From: the human T2T-CHM13v2.0 reference genome, Homo sapiens
DNA length: 64,000 nt
Assembly (NCBI RefSeq): GCF_009914755.1
Contig: NC_060947.1
Reading direction: 5' to 3' (one strand)
Below the pieces are notes generated by a model that was not told the origin of the DNA, ran no database searches, and saw nothing but the letters and a program-made list of their open reading frames with translations. Shown here piece after piece: positions 28,075 to 41,098 of this stretch (the stretch's first letter is position 1; every line of letters begins with the position of its first letter). A program made the position numbers and the translations under genes.

Positions 28075-31000
28075 GACAGGACCTTAAGGCTCTTTCCGTG
28101 ATTAGTATCACCCACCAGGAACCTAAGGTAGCTGCTAAAGTAGGTGATAAATTGGTTGATTTTTCTGATCAACACTCGAGCAATCTACTCAGTTTTAAAT
28201 CTTAAATTGGCTAAACTTGGAAGGGAATCTCTGATAGTCACTGGAGTGTCTGGCAAATCATCCCAAAAATATTTTCTTCAGCCTCTAGAATGTATAATAG
28301 GAAAGTTTTCTTTGGCCCACAGTTTTCTCTATATGCCAGAATATCCTCTCCCATTACTAGGTTGTGATCTTCTTTCCAAGCTACAGGCCCAAGTGACATT
28401 TCAGAATGACTTTCCAGAATGAGCAAGTCCAGAACATGCATGCTTTTTGCAAATGGCCTTAATTGCATCTTTGACTGTTCTTCAGGCTCTGCCCTCTGAA
28501 GTCCTCAAGAAGGTAAACCATGAAGTATAGGCCACTGAGTGTCCTGGACAGGATCATATGGCACCAATCCACGTTAAGTTGAAACCAGAAATTACATTCC
28601 CCCACCCCAATTAAACAGTATCCTCTAAAACTTCAGGCTTAAAGGGGGCTCCAATCTTTGTCACAGCTTTCCTAGATTATGGGCTTCTCTGACCCTGTTG
28701 TTCTCCTTACAATAGCCCTATCTTTCTGGTTCAGAAGCCCGGCGTCCAAGAATACCATTTTGTCCAAGATCTAAGAGCAATAAATCAAATAGCAGAAGAT
28801 AGTCATCCCATAGTAACCAACGCTTACACTCTTCTTATCACCCTCTCTGGGAATTTTGCCTGCTTCTCAGTAATAGACTTAAAGATGCTTTTTTTTTGCA
28901 TCTTCCTGTCTCCTGACTCTCAGGAATTGTTTGCTTTTGAGTGGAAAGATTTGGAGTCTCAAGCTAAATGTGTCAGCATTGCTGGACTGTGCTTCCCCAG
29001 GGATTTAAAAAATTCCCCAATATTTTTGGAGAAATCTTAGCCAAAGACTCGAGGGAAACAACCTGCAATAAAGGAACTATTTTGCCATATGTATTATTTG
29101 TTATTTATTTTTATTATTGAGACAGGGTCTCACTATGTTGCCCAAGTTGGTCTCAAACTCCTTGGCTCCAGCGATTCTCCTGCCTTGGCCTCCCAGAGTG
29201 CTGGAATTACAGGTGTGATGCAATGCACCCAGCCTTATTTTGCAAATACAGATGATATCTTTATAGCCAGTGAAACAGAGAGTGACTTCCTTCTCTATGC
29301 CTTTAAAGTTTTAAATTTCCTGGTAGATAATGCGCCCAAAGCTTCGAGGAAAAAAGCATATATATTTCTTCCCCCTGTACCTGGGATTCGAACTATTCCA
29401 AGGGGCTCACAATCTTTTCTCAGATTAGATTAGGGTGGCAGTTCCCACTACTCACAAACAACTATGGGGCTCCCAGATTTTGTCAAATTTAAATCCCTAA
29501 ATTCAAGTTAAGAGCGAGACCTCTCTTTGAGGTTTTAAAAGAAGATAAGGAGCCCCTTTCTAGGAGTGGGGAATGTTAAAAAGCCTTTTTAACCATCAAA
29601 GAGAAATTGATGATAGTCCCTGCCCTGGGTCTTCCTGACCTATGCAAACCTTTTGATTATTTTTTGTTCAAGAAAGACAGGGAATTAGACTTGAAGTATT
29701 AATTCAAGACCTTGGGACCTTGAAGCATCCTGTGATCATTTTTTTCAAAAAAGCTTGACATGGTAGCTAAGGGCTGGCCTACTTGCCTCAGTGTGGTGGC
29801 TGCCACCTGTGATATATTGCAGGAAGCTGAAAAGTTCACCTTGGGGTATCCCATGACAGTGAATACTATGCATTATGTGTTACTGTACTCCAGAAGAAAG
29901 TGGGCTATTGGTTGACGGCAGGCCAACTGGGAAAGTACCAAGCCATGCTTCTAGATAACCCAAATGTAACTCTTATGGCTGTTTCTACTCTGAATCCTGC
30001 CATCCTGCTCCCAAGGAATATCCAGCCTCCTGTTCATGACTGCATTCAAATAATAGATCAAGTGTATTCTAGTAGACCAGACCTCACAGATTTTCCATGA
30101 ATGGAATGTGACAAAGAATTCTTCACTGATGGAAGCAGTTTCATGGAACAAGGAGTCAGAAAGGTCAGGTATGCTGTAGTTACAACCCAGCAGGTAATCA
30201 AGGCATGTGCCATACCCCCAGGGACATCTGCCCAAAAGGCCGAGTTCATTGCTTTGACTAGAGCTGTACATCTGGGTAAGGGAAAGAGAGTAAGTGTTTA
30301 CAGACTCTAAATATACTTTCTTAATAGCCTATGCTTATGGGGTAATTTGGAAAGAAAGGGGGCTCTGTACTTCCAATAACAAAGAAATAAAGCATGGTCC
30401 TCCAATTCTTGAATTATTAGAGGCCATAAAAATGCCCAAAGAAATAGCAATTGTTCACTGCCAAGGGTACCACAAGGCAGGCACCAATGTTCCACAGGGA
30501 AATATTAACGCTAACCTACAGGTGAAAAAGGCACCCAGAGGCCCACTACCCAGCTGGTTCTCATTCCTACTCTGTCTGGAGACCTATCACCACAGATATT
30601 CAGAGGCTGATCTTAAAAGAGCTGAGGAATGGGGTTTTCTAAATATGTTGACCATAAATGGCTTACAAATAATGAAGGAATAATTCTCCTTCCAGAAACT
30701 TTTATTAGACCAATCCCTGAGCAAATCCATCAAAGCACTCATTATGGGTGGTAGACCACTCTATGCTGGATACATTCTTATCTTACTAGGCCTAACTTGC
30801 AATGAACAATACAAACTGTAATCCAAAGTTGTCTTACTTGCTTGAAAAATAATTCAAAGCCACCGGAAGGCATAAAAGCCCCCTTTAAGCAAGGAACTCT
30901 GTGTAGAGGAACTTTCCCTGGAGAAGACTCGCAATTGAATTTCACTATAATGGCTCAAGCCTCTGGAAATTTTTGATATTTGTTGGTTTTTGTTGATACT

Positions 31001-31795
31001 TTTACAAGCTGAGTTGAGGTTTACTCCATTAAGACTGAGGAAGCTACCAAAATTGTAAAGTTTCTAATGCAGAAAATAATTCCTCAATATGGACTCCCAT
31101 AAACTCTCCAAAGTAACAATGGAGCCACTTTATAGCCCAAGTAACCCAGGAAGTATCAATGCTTAGTAAGTGCTGATTGGATTCTGCATTCATCTTAAAG
31201 ACCCCAATCTTCTGGAAAGACTGAAAGAATTAATAGGAAATTAAAGAAGTGTCTTCCTAAAATTTGCTAAGAGTTCAGTCTTACCGGGGAAAAGGTCGTG
31301 CCCCTTGCCCTGCTGAAGATATGGGTAGCTCTAGAAGTAGGTTGGCTCTTATCTCCTTTGAAATGTTTGAGAGACCATTTCTCTGACCCCCAGGCTCCCT
31401 GACACTTGAGAATGTTTTCACCTTTGAAAAATAAACTAGATAATATATAAAACATTTAGGAAATATGTTCACTAGTTTCTCTGAGTTTGCTTCCAGCAGG
31501 CTGCAGTTCCCTACAGATGTGCGTTTCCACTCTGAAGCCAGGAGATAAGTCTTGATGAAGACCTAGAAATCTCATCAAGCTGAAAACCAACTGCAAGCAC
31601 AATGGATCTGCCTTTTTGAGGTGTTGTTGACCACCCCACTTATCTGTCAAGTTAGCAGATGTTAAGCCTTGGATTCACCATACTCAAGTAAAACCAGTCC
31701 CTCTCTGGGATGTCTCCAGGGGAAACAGTCATGGTCTTGTGAACCCTCAGAGAAACTTAAGTTAATATTCAAAGCTCAGGTAAAGGCCCTAGATA
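28075..31795 (+). pseudogene. pol: Decayed pro-pol (protease, RT, RNase H, integrase)
   Basis: FLINTRAIYSVL and PLLGCDLL (PR); VQDLRAINQ, WTVLPQGFKN, Y-TDD (RT); FTDGSSF, SAQKAEFIALTRA, TDSKY (RNase H); VFVDTFT, PQSSGKTER, PWIHHTQVKP (IN). Multiple frameshifts. Confidence 0.95.
29091..29234 (-). mobile_element. Alu monomer (FLAM_C/AluJ left arm) inserted at the RT YxDD motif
   Basis: T-rich tail plus GAGACAGGGTCTCACTATGTTGCCCAAG..TGCACCCAGCC; degenerate TSD TATTTTGC(C/AA)ATA. Confidence 0.9.
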
Positions 31796-32004
31796 AGAAA
31801 TCATAAAGGGAACATGTGTTTTTCAGGATTATTCTCTTGTATTCCCCAGGAGATCCACTCCATATTCTTTGGTATTTTAAAATTTGGGTTATCTGTGTTG
31901 TCCTCACCATTATCCCATGATGCCCCTCCTCAGCATAAAGCAGCCAGAAAGATCAATGATCAGATTCTCCATGATTAAAGAATTTATAAATGAAAAAAAG
32001 AGAC

Positions 32005-32873
32005 TGAAACTGATGCAATAGTCCCAAAGACAGTTTTCTGGATACACATAGAAATTGATTATTCTGGCTTACATTTGTTTTATTTGAGTTCCTTCCTTAG
32101 AAAACAACCCTCAGGCCTCTCAAAAACTATCAAAGAACTGAAACTCAGCAGATTATCAATCCAGACAATGAGATGCCAGACCCGTCATTTGTCATGATTG
32201 CTTCCTTAGCCCCCACACTCCAATTCCTGTTTTCCTAACTTCCACATGCTTCTTATTGACCAACTCCTCTTCCTTACCCCCTCTGTATTAGTCAGTTTTC
32301 ACGCTGCTGATAAAGACATACCTGAAACTGGGAACAAAAGAGGTTTAATTGGACTTACAGTTCCACATGGCTGGGGAGGCCTCAGAATCATAGCAGGAGG
32401 CAAAAGGCACTTTTTACATGGTGGTGGCAAGAAAAAAATCAGGAGGAAGCAAAAGTGGAAACCCCTGATAAACACATCAGATCTTGTGGGACTTTTTCAC
32501 TATCACAAGAATAGCACAGGAAATACCAGCCCCAGTGATTCAATTACGTCCCCCTGGGTCCCTCCCACAACAGGTAGGAATTCTAGGAGATACAATTCAA
32601 GTTGAGATTTGGGTGGTGACACAGCCAAACCATATCACCTTCCTTAGTTCTTGTTTTTCCACAAATGGTTACATTTCTTCCCTGCTAGGGGTTTGCGATA
32701 CAAACCCCTAGTTTTAGTCGGTCTAAGAGATGGATTTGAGACTGATCTCCCATCTCTTCAGATGCCCTACCTGATTAAAGCCTTCTTCCTTGGCAATATG
32801 CATTGTCTCAGTGACTGGCCTTCTGTGCAATGAGCAGCAGGACCTAGACTGAACCCCTGGTGTTTTGGTAAGA
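32005..32873 (+). mobile_element. 3' LTR of nested provirus (LTR26/LTR23-like), interrupted by THE1
   Basis: Purine tract, then TGAAACTGATGCAATAGTCCC; shares CTCTCAAAAA.TATCAAAGAACTGAAACT and GAGCAGCAGGACCTAGAC with the 5' LTR. Confidence 0.9.
32284..32637 (-). mobile_element. THE1 (THE1C-like) solo LTR
   Basis: TGTATTAGTCAGTTTTCACGCTGCTGATAAAGACATAC..CAGCCAAACCATATCA; TSD CCCTC / CCTTC. Confidence 0.93.
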
Positions 32874-32879
32874 AAACCT

Positions 32880-33090
32880 AGTTTTTGTTTGTTTGTTTAC
32901 TTTGGACATACACTGAGTCAGCATTCTTTCTGTAATTTCAGAATGAATTTGGAAACTAGGTCTTCATTCTGAAGGCTTCCCTGTAGACATGTTAAAGAAA
33001 CCTGTATACCTTTTCTCCTATTAATCAATCTGCCTCATGTCAGTGATTTTTAAGGGAATCTTTAGAAGGCCAAGAGCCTATGGCCCCACA
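32880..33090 (+). mobile_element. 3' part (R/U5) of a MER39-like LTR, followed by a tRNA-Ser-like PBS (33094-33111)
   Basis: GGTCTTCATTCTGAAGG..TTAATCAATCTGCCTCATGTCAGTG matches the reverse complement of 43836-43970; TGGTGCTATAAGCAGAAT matches TGGCGCTGTGAGCAGGAT at 14/18. Confidence 0.75.
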
Positions 33091-33325
33091 GTATGGTGCT
33101 ATAAGCAGAATGACCAAAGCTGCTCTTCTGTTTTGGAGGCTACAGTGAAGAGAAACCAGGAACCCAATCGTCCAGCAAAGGAGTAAAAATTTCTAACCAG
33201 CCAGGCTTCTGGCCTTTCTTTCTGTATGTTCTAGTGGAGCAGATGATAAAAATCACTGTTTGTCTAATCTGCAAGGTTTTGATTAATGGGATAAAAGGGT
33301 CTGTTTGACTAGTCTTGCCTTGTAG

Positions 33326-33667
<342 letters not shown>

Positions 33668-34682
33668 TGAATATTCATATTGTTTGGCGACTTTTCCTCT
33701 CAGAAATAACTTTTTTGGGGCAGTCATTTTCTTTTGTCATTGTCTTTCCATGTCATTCTGTCATAAAGAAGAGTACCATAGGGTAGAATATGGGCCTAGT
33801 GTCCGTAAAGCCTGCTGTTTGAGCCAGCCCTGAACACTGGTGAGCTTGCACTTCTGGCTAGATATATGTCTGTTAAGATAAACTTTGCTGTTGGTCCCTG
33901 AAAGAAAAACTGGGTAAGGTTTCCCTCTTGTCTTGTTTTACGTCCTTGAGAGCTTGATTTTGTGACTAAGTGGCATATTCTCTCATAGTCTCTACTACCC
34001 AGAGGGCATGAATTTTTGTGGTCAAGTGGACAGTCTGAAAGACTGGGAGTCCAACACACATAATATTTTAAGCAACACACTCTTTGTACCAAGTGTGTCA
34101 AGCTCTTAGAGGAGTTTTGTCTTAAAAAAAGGCTTATCCCTATGACACCTTCATTGTCTTTTGTCTATGTTAAGTCTATTTCTGAGAGTAAATTTTTGGG
34201 GATCAGGGAGCTGCCTCCTCTACATTACAGAGGTTTTGGATTGAGTTGCTATTGGAATAAAGCCTACAATTGAGAATTCTAATCGTCAATGGCCAAAAGA
34301 TAGAAAAACAAAAAAGATTTTAGAGATGACTTATTCTAAACAATTGGAAAAAAAGTTTAAATTTTTAAAAAGATACACAATAGTGTCATGGCTAGCCTTT
34401 AAAATTCTCTCAAGCAGTTAAAATCCTATGTAAGTTCAAAACTGCCTGCTCCAGAAGAGCAATGGTGACTGCCCCACACTGTATTTTAGTAGCTGAGACT
34501 CTGCCCTTTCACTGTGGCAATCTGGGTTCAATTCTTGGCTCAGAGAATGAATCCTTTCTGGTTTGATATTTGTGTGACTTTTGAAATATCAACTGTTCCA
34601 GCTAAAATATGATAGTGAGAGATTGGAAAGAATTTTTTTAGAACTCTATGGTTAAAAGTCAGCTTCATTAAAAGCCGATTTC

Positions 34683-35112
34683 TGTCAGGCCTCTGAGCCC
34701 AAGCCAAGCCATCACATCCCCTGTGACTTGCACGTATACGCTCAGATGGCCTGAAGTAACTGAAGAATCACAAAAGAAGTGAAAAGGCCCTGCCCCGCCT
34801 TAACTGATGACATTCCACCATTGTGATTACTTCCTGCCCCACCTTAACTGAGTGATTAACCCTGTGAATTTCCTTCTCCTGGCTCAGAAGCTCCCCCACT
34901 AAGCACCTTGTGACCCCCGCCCCTGCCCACCAGAGAACAACCCCCTTTGACTAATTTTCCATTACCTTCCCAAATCCTGTAAAACGGCCCCACCCCTAAC
35001 TCCCTTCGCTGACTCTTTTCAGACTCAGCCCGCCTGCACCCAGGTGAAATCAACAGCCATTTTGCTCACACAAAGCCTGTTTGGTGGTCTCTTCACAGGG
35101 ACGTGCATGAAA
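34683..35112 (+). mobile_element. HERV-H solo LTR (LTR7)
   Basis: TGTCAGGCCTCTGAGCCCAAGCCAAGCC..GCCTGTTTGGTGGTCTCTTCAC..CATGAAA; perfect 5 bp TSD ATTTC. Confidence 0.96.
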
Positions 35113-35122
35113 ATTTCCAAGC

Positions 35123-35256
35123 TGTGTGTGTGTACATGTGTGTGTGTGGTGTATATGTGTTTATATATGTGTGTATATACGTGTGTGTGTATATATGTGA
35201 GGGTGTGTATATATATGACATCTGTGTGTATGTGTGTGGTATGTATGTATGTTTAC

Positions 35257-35320
<64 letters not shown>

Positions 35321-35346
35321 ACCTTTGTGTGTGAGTGTGTGTGTAT
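35123..35346. repeat. Compound (TG)n/(TA)n microsatellite
   Basis: Alternating purine-pyrimidine tract seen directly. Confidence 0.95.
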
Positions 35347-36004
35347 AAAGACCTGAATGCTTTTTCTCTTCTAGGATTTTGTGGTTGTTGTTGTTGTTTT
35401 GAGAAAAAGTTTTTTCTTCTCAGTCAACTGACTTCTGTTTCTCCATTTACGTCTGACTGCCTCCCTCTTGCCACTATATGCCACATGTGAGACCTAACAA
35501 AAAAATAAGGAATTTATGATAGCCTGGGATCCCCTGAGAAATCACAGGACACTAACAACTCCTCTGAAAGGAATCTGTTTTCCTCAAGGAACCCCACAAG
35601 TTTTAGGCAGACAGATTCCACTTAGGTATAAAAATTCTACTCTCTTTTGTGTTGTATTACCTGATACTTTGGATTTTGGAGGAGTACCAAAAAAGTTATT
35701 TTGCATTATGAGAAAATTTTTTACTTTGGTGTGTGTAATAGCTAAGTAAGAGATACACTTTCAGAGATGGCTAATGGCGGTTGCTTACAGGAAGTAGTCA
35801 TTACTACAGGAGCTACTCTTTGCATGTTTAAGATAAGAAAGGATGCAGTTTAAACTCTTAGAAAAATGTCTGTAAAAGAAAGCATTAAATGGCTTGGTTC
35901 CATGCCATTTCTCCCTTTTTGGGTACCCAGGATTCAGTGTAGGCTCCACCCTGAGCTCAGTGGTCCAGTTAAAAGACAGAGACTAAATTTAAAACTACCT
36001 ATCT

Positions 36005-36320
<316 letters not shown>

Positions 36321-36888
36321 AAAAACAACCTATCTAAATGAATTGGTCACCTTAAAAAATCTTATGGTAAATTTCTATGATTTTGTGTTGCCCTGGCATC
36401 TATTCTTAATCTTGCTCTAACACACCCAAACACACTCTGACTCTCTCTCTTTCTCTCCCTGTACTTTGAAATGTAAATTTGCTACCCTCTTTTCTCCAAA
36501 ACTCAGTAAGGGTGTCTACCATGGCCATGTAAAACAAATAAACTTTAACCTTTTCACAATTTAACCCACCTTTCCTTTTAAACTAGTGAGTTTATCTGTT
36601 TCATGGCTAAAATTTTACAATCAACACTATAAAGTCTTTGTAATGCTCTGTATCTTTATGTGTACATGGGTATATGTCTTTCTGTGTACTGTCTACATGG
36701 GTATCAAATTGACTTACTCGTAAATTAAATAAATAAGCCCAAATGCCTTCCAAGTTCACATGATTTTAGTAATCTCTGGTAAATAAAGACAGTTTTTTAA
36801 TTATTGGTAAAATAGCATAGAAATGCATTTAAAATTTAGACATTTGGTCTGAATTAGTCACTGTTTCTGCTAGATGTTTTAAGATAAA

Positions 36889-37359
36889 CGTGGGGAAAAG
36901 AAAGATGAGATTGTTACTGTGTCTGTGTAGAAAGAAGTAGACATAGGAGACTCCCATTTTGTTCTGTACTAAGAAAAATTCTTCTGCCTTAAGATGCTGT
37001 TAATCTGTAACCCTACCCCCAACCCTGTGCTCCCTGAAACATGTGCTGTGTCAACTCAGGGTTAAATGGATTAAGGGTTGTGCAGGGTATGCTTTGTTAA
37101 ACAAATGCTTGAAGGCAGCATGCTTGTTAAGAGTCATCACCACTCCCTAATCTCAAGTACCCAGAGACACAAAACTAAGGGAACTTAGTATTTATAAATA
37201 CTAAGGGAAGTCAGAGGCCGGTGCCGGTGTGGATCCTCCATATGCTGAACGCCGCTCCCCTGGGCCCCTTTTTCTCTCTCTATACTTTGTCTCTGTGTCT
37301 CTTTCTTTTCCACCTAATGAGAAACGCCCACAGGTGTGGAGGGGCAACCCACCCCTTCA
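36889..37359 (+). mobile_element. HERV-K(HML-2) solo LTR (LTR5B-like) with a large internal deletion
   Basis: (C)GTGGGGAAAAGAAAGA..GATTGTTACTGTGTCTGTGTAGAAAGAAGTAGAC start; CAGGTGTGGAGGGGCAACCCACCCCTTCA end; perfect 6 bp TSD GATAAA; only 471 bp long. Confidence 0.95.
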
Positions 37360-37922
37360 GATAAAAATCTTTGTTTCTGACACTTGCCTGTCTAAAAATG
37401 TTTGTCCTTTGACTTGAGCCTTTAGGATTTGACAAAGCCTAACTCCAGGCATTGTCCTTTGCTCTTGGCTCCATACCTGGTACATATTAAAATTGTTTAC
37501 CTCCCAGGTTTTTCACTAAGAATAAGAGTTACTAAGAGTTAACATTATAATTAATGAATGTAATTAAAACTACTAGGTACACACAAAGTGTATAAGAAAA
37601 CTAAGATGCGTTTTTGGTAAAAGGTTATTAAAAAAAGGGAATGTGGTTTTTATTAAAGGGAAATTTGTCTAGTTTAGACATTTTTAAAGATTGTCTTAAG
37701 CAAAAAGAAAGGACACAACTGAAGGTTTAAGCAAGTTGTAAAAATTTTAAGGAAAATCAATCTTGTAAAAACAATTCTGTTCATAAACAAGTTGGCTAAA
37801 CTTTAAAGAGGATTTTTTTGTCTGTAAATTAAACATTAAAATAAAAATCCACACTAATGCAGGGCCAGAATCTAGACCTCAGTGCCAAAATAACAGGGTT
37901 TTCTTGCAATGTTGATTTGTTC

Positions 37923-37925
<3 letters not shown>

Positions 37926-37964
<39 letters not shown>

Positions 37965-38346
37965 AGGGGAGTTTATTAAGTATTAACTTACATGATCACA
38001 AGGTCCCATAGTAGGCTGTCTGCAAGCTGAGGAGCAAGGAGAGCCAGTCCAAGTCCCAAAACTGAAGAACTTCGAGTCCGATGTTCGAGGGCAGGAAGGA
38101 TCCAGCACGGGAGAAAGATGTAGGCTGGGAGCCTAGGCCAGTCTCTCCTTTTCACGTTTTTCTGCCTGCTTCATATTCACTGGCAGCGGATTAGATTGTG
38201 CCCGCAAGATTAAGGGTGGATCTGCCTTCCTTAGCACACTGACTCAAATGTTAATCTCTTTTGGCCACACCCTCACAGACACACCCAGGATCATTACTTT
38301 GTATCCTTCAATCCAATCAAGTCGATGCTCAGTATTAACCATCACA
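37926..38346 (-). mobile_element. HERV-L LTR MLT2A, main 5' body (antisense)
   Basis: (TA)n AAAGGGGAGTTTATTAAG..CTGCAAGCTGAGGAGCAAGGAGAGCCAGTCC..AGTATTAACCATCACA. Confidence 0.92.
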
Positions 38347-38596
38347 GTGAGTGACCTGTAATTCCATTTTGTGGTATCGAGTGTTTTGAACCTTTGATAT
38401 TTGACAAACTTTCTAAAAATCAAATTGTAAATTCAGTCTCTTGGCCTAAAACTAACTTTTCAGAAGGCCAAGAGAGACATACTTGGCTTATTTGGCATGT
38501 TAAAATTATACAAGAAGCACTGTCAAATATAAAATTGTATTTAGATTTTTTTGGCTTACATTTATATAAATGTGTTATTAATATGTTTTCCAAAAT

Positions 38597-38649
38597 TATA
38601 TATATATATACTATTAGTTATGTCCCTCTAGAGAACCCTGATTAATACA
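38597..38649 (+). mobile_element. MLT2A 3' terminus, detached and in the opposite orientation
   Basis: (TA)n CTATTAGTTATGTCCCTCTAGAGAACCCTGATTAATACA, followed by CTCAC. Confidence 0.9.
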
Positions 38650-39442
38650 CTCACTTTGAAATAAATCATTCATTTATCCAAAGTGATAACGCAAAGATGT
38701 TTTTTAGAATAAGCAGAAAATTTTACTCTGATAAAAAGGAGACTAAGTTTCGCAAATAATAAAACCTAATCATATTAGACAGTGTGAAGCCAACTGAATC
38801 TGTCTCTCTCTCCCCCTCCCCCCCCCGTTTATTTTTTTTTGGTAATTTATTCAAAGAGGCAATTACATGAAATCTTGCTCCAGAGAGAAAAACAAATTTT
38901 ACTTTTGCATTCGCATGTTATTAATGCTAAAGCTAATTTAATACATCTTATAAACAAATCTATTTAATTTTAATCAGGCGGAAGCACTGGTTATTTTACC
39001 AAGGCTTTGACTGGAATGGCATATTTTCAGAAATGAGAAGACTGCTTTAAGAATTGAGATTGACTTTATAGAGCCAATAACAGCCCTTTGGAAAAACTGG
39101 CCTCACACCTTATCTATGCAGTTCCTTTGCAGGTAGGTTCCTGATCTGCAGTAGGTAAAGAATGCCACTTTCTGACAGACCCAGGGGCCCCAAATTATTT
39201 TGGGACATTAAAAAGAGAGGAATCCACCCAATTAATATAAGTATATGCAGGCACAGATAAATCCTTGGCTGGCTGTGGCTTGAGGCTTTTATTTAGAAGG
39301 TCTAATCTGAGATTCTTCATGAAAAAAATACTCCAGCAAAGCCAATTTAAAAATGAGCCATATGGCAAATAATTATTCTTGCTGCACTTTATGCAAAAAA
39401 TCAAGCCGAGTATAATAAGACGAAAACTTCTTTTGCAAATAA

Positions 39443-39800
<358 letters not shown>

Positions 39801-40417
39801 GAGAAAAATTATTTTTCAAAAGAAGCTATAGTACACCTGTTATTAGATTGTAGCCTTGTCCACTGTGTTTCAGGTTTTATTATTTTCTACAATTTGGTAC
39901 GGATTCTGAAATTTTTCGTGGTTACAAGTCTCCAAACTAATATTTGCCTTTTTTTCTCCCATTTTTCTGACTTGAAATCACTAGAAATTAAAACTGTGGT
40001 TTTCTTAAATCCTTGCAAACTAATGTTAGACGACTTAAGCTTTGGGAGAAAATAACAGGAAATTATATATAAATAAATTTCGTACTTGCTTGCTGATGTA
40101 TAGACATCAGGGTTATACGGCCTAAATCAGTTTTCCGGGATTGCTTTTCCCATTTGTTATTATGATATTTCCTCCCTCCTTTTCGTTCTTTTCCATTTTC
40201 TTTCTCTTTCTTCCTCTCCCCGTTTTTCTCCACAAGACGTAAGACTTCACAGCCTACTAAGAATAAGCTTTCCTAACGCTGTGGGACCTATTTGTCTAGG
40301 AATAAATCATCCTAGTGATGAGAGATCAGACAAAATATGAGACCATGAGACCAGAGACTCCTTTTCTTCCAATATGTTTTCCGTGAAAGATTTTTTTTTT
40401 TTTTTTTGTGAGGGAAA

Positions 40418-41098
40418 TGGGATAGGAAAATAAAATCTTGGGACCCCAAACTCACTAAGCCAAAGGGAAAAGTCAAGCTTGGGAACTGAGTCACACAAAA
40501 TTGCCTCCCACTTTTGTTCCTACAAAGATGAAAATTCACATAGCTCCCCAGGAGCCCTCCCTCACAAGGAATTTGCTCACAAGGAAATTCCTTGTAGGCC
40601 CCAAGATCTTTACCCTAAAACAGTCTTGTTGAATTTCACCCTGACAATGTAATTAACAGCTTATCTTCACGGGTACAGGACAAAAACTGGACCAGAAGTC
40701 ATCTCTGACACAATGACACACTTTCCACCTGACACAAATGCATATTAATGCAGATTCACTGAACATGAAACAAATGCATAATTGACTATTTCTGTACCCC
40801 CTCATTTCACATGTAAAATATGGATTCAGTGAGCATTGATCAAAACCTCAAAAGAGTAGTACCACTTGCCCCTTTTATCTGCTCCCCTTTCTCCGCTTGT
40901 TTTTCTTTCCTCTTTCTTTTATTTCCCACTCTTACCCCTTTTAAGTATTGAAGTCCCCAGGCCTTCACTGGAAAAAAAGCACAGATCACAGATCTTCCTG
41001 TGGTTTTGTGTTCTTTTTCCCAGGGTGCATCCTCAACCTTGGCAAAATAAAACCCTAAAATGATTGAGACCTGTTTCTGACACTTTTTTTTTTTAACA
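40418..41098 (+). mobile_element. 3' LTR of MER4D-like provirus
   Basis: Direct repeat of 23039-24076 without the Alu; ends AACA. Confidence 0.9.

Noticed and set aside
25992-31795. Domesticated retroviral gag/pol gene
   Set aside because: Stops and frameshifts throughout, an altered protease catalytic motif, and insertions in the zinc knuckle and YxDD motif.
31796-32004. Syncytin-like env
   Set aside because: Only ~200 bp remain and there is no ORF.
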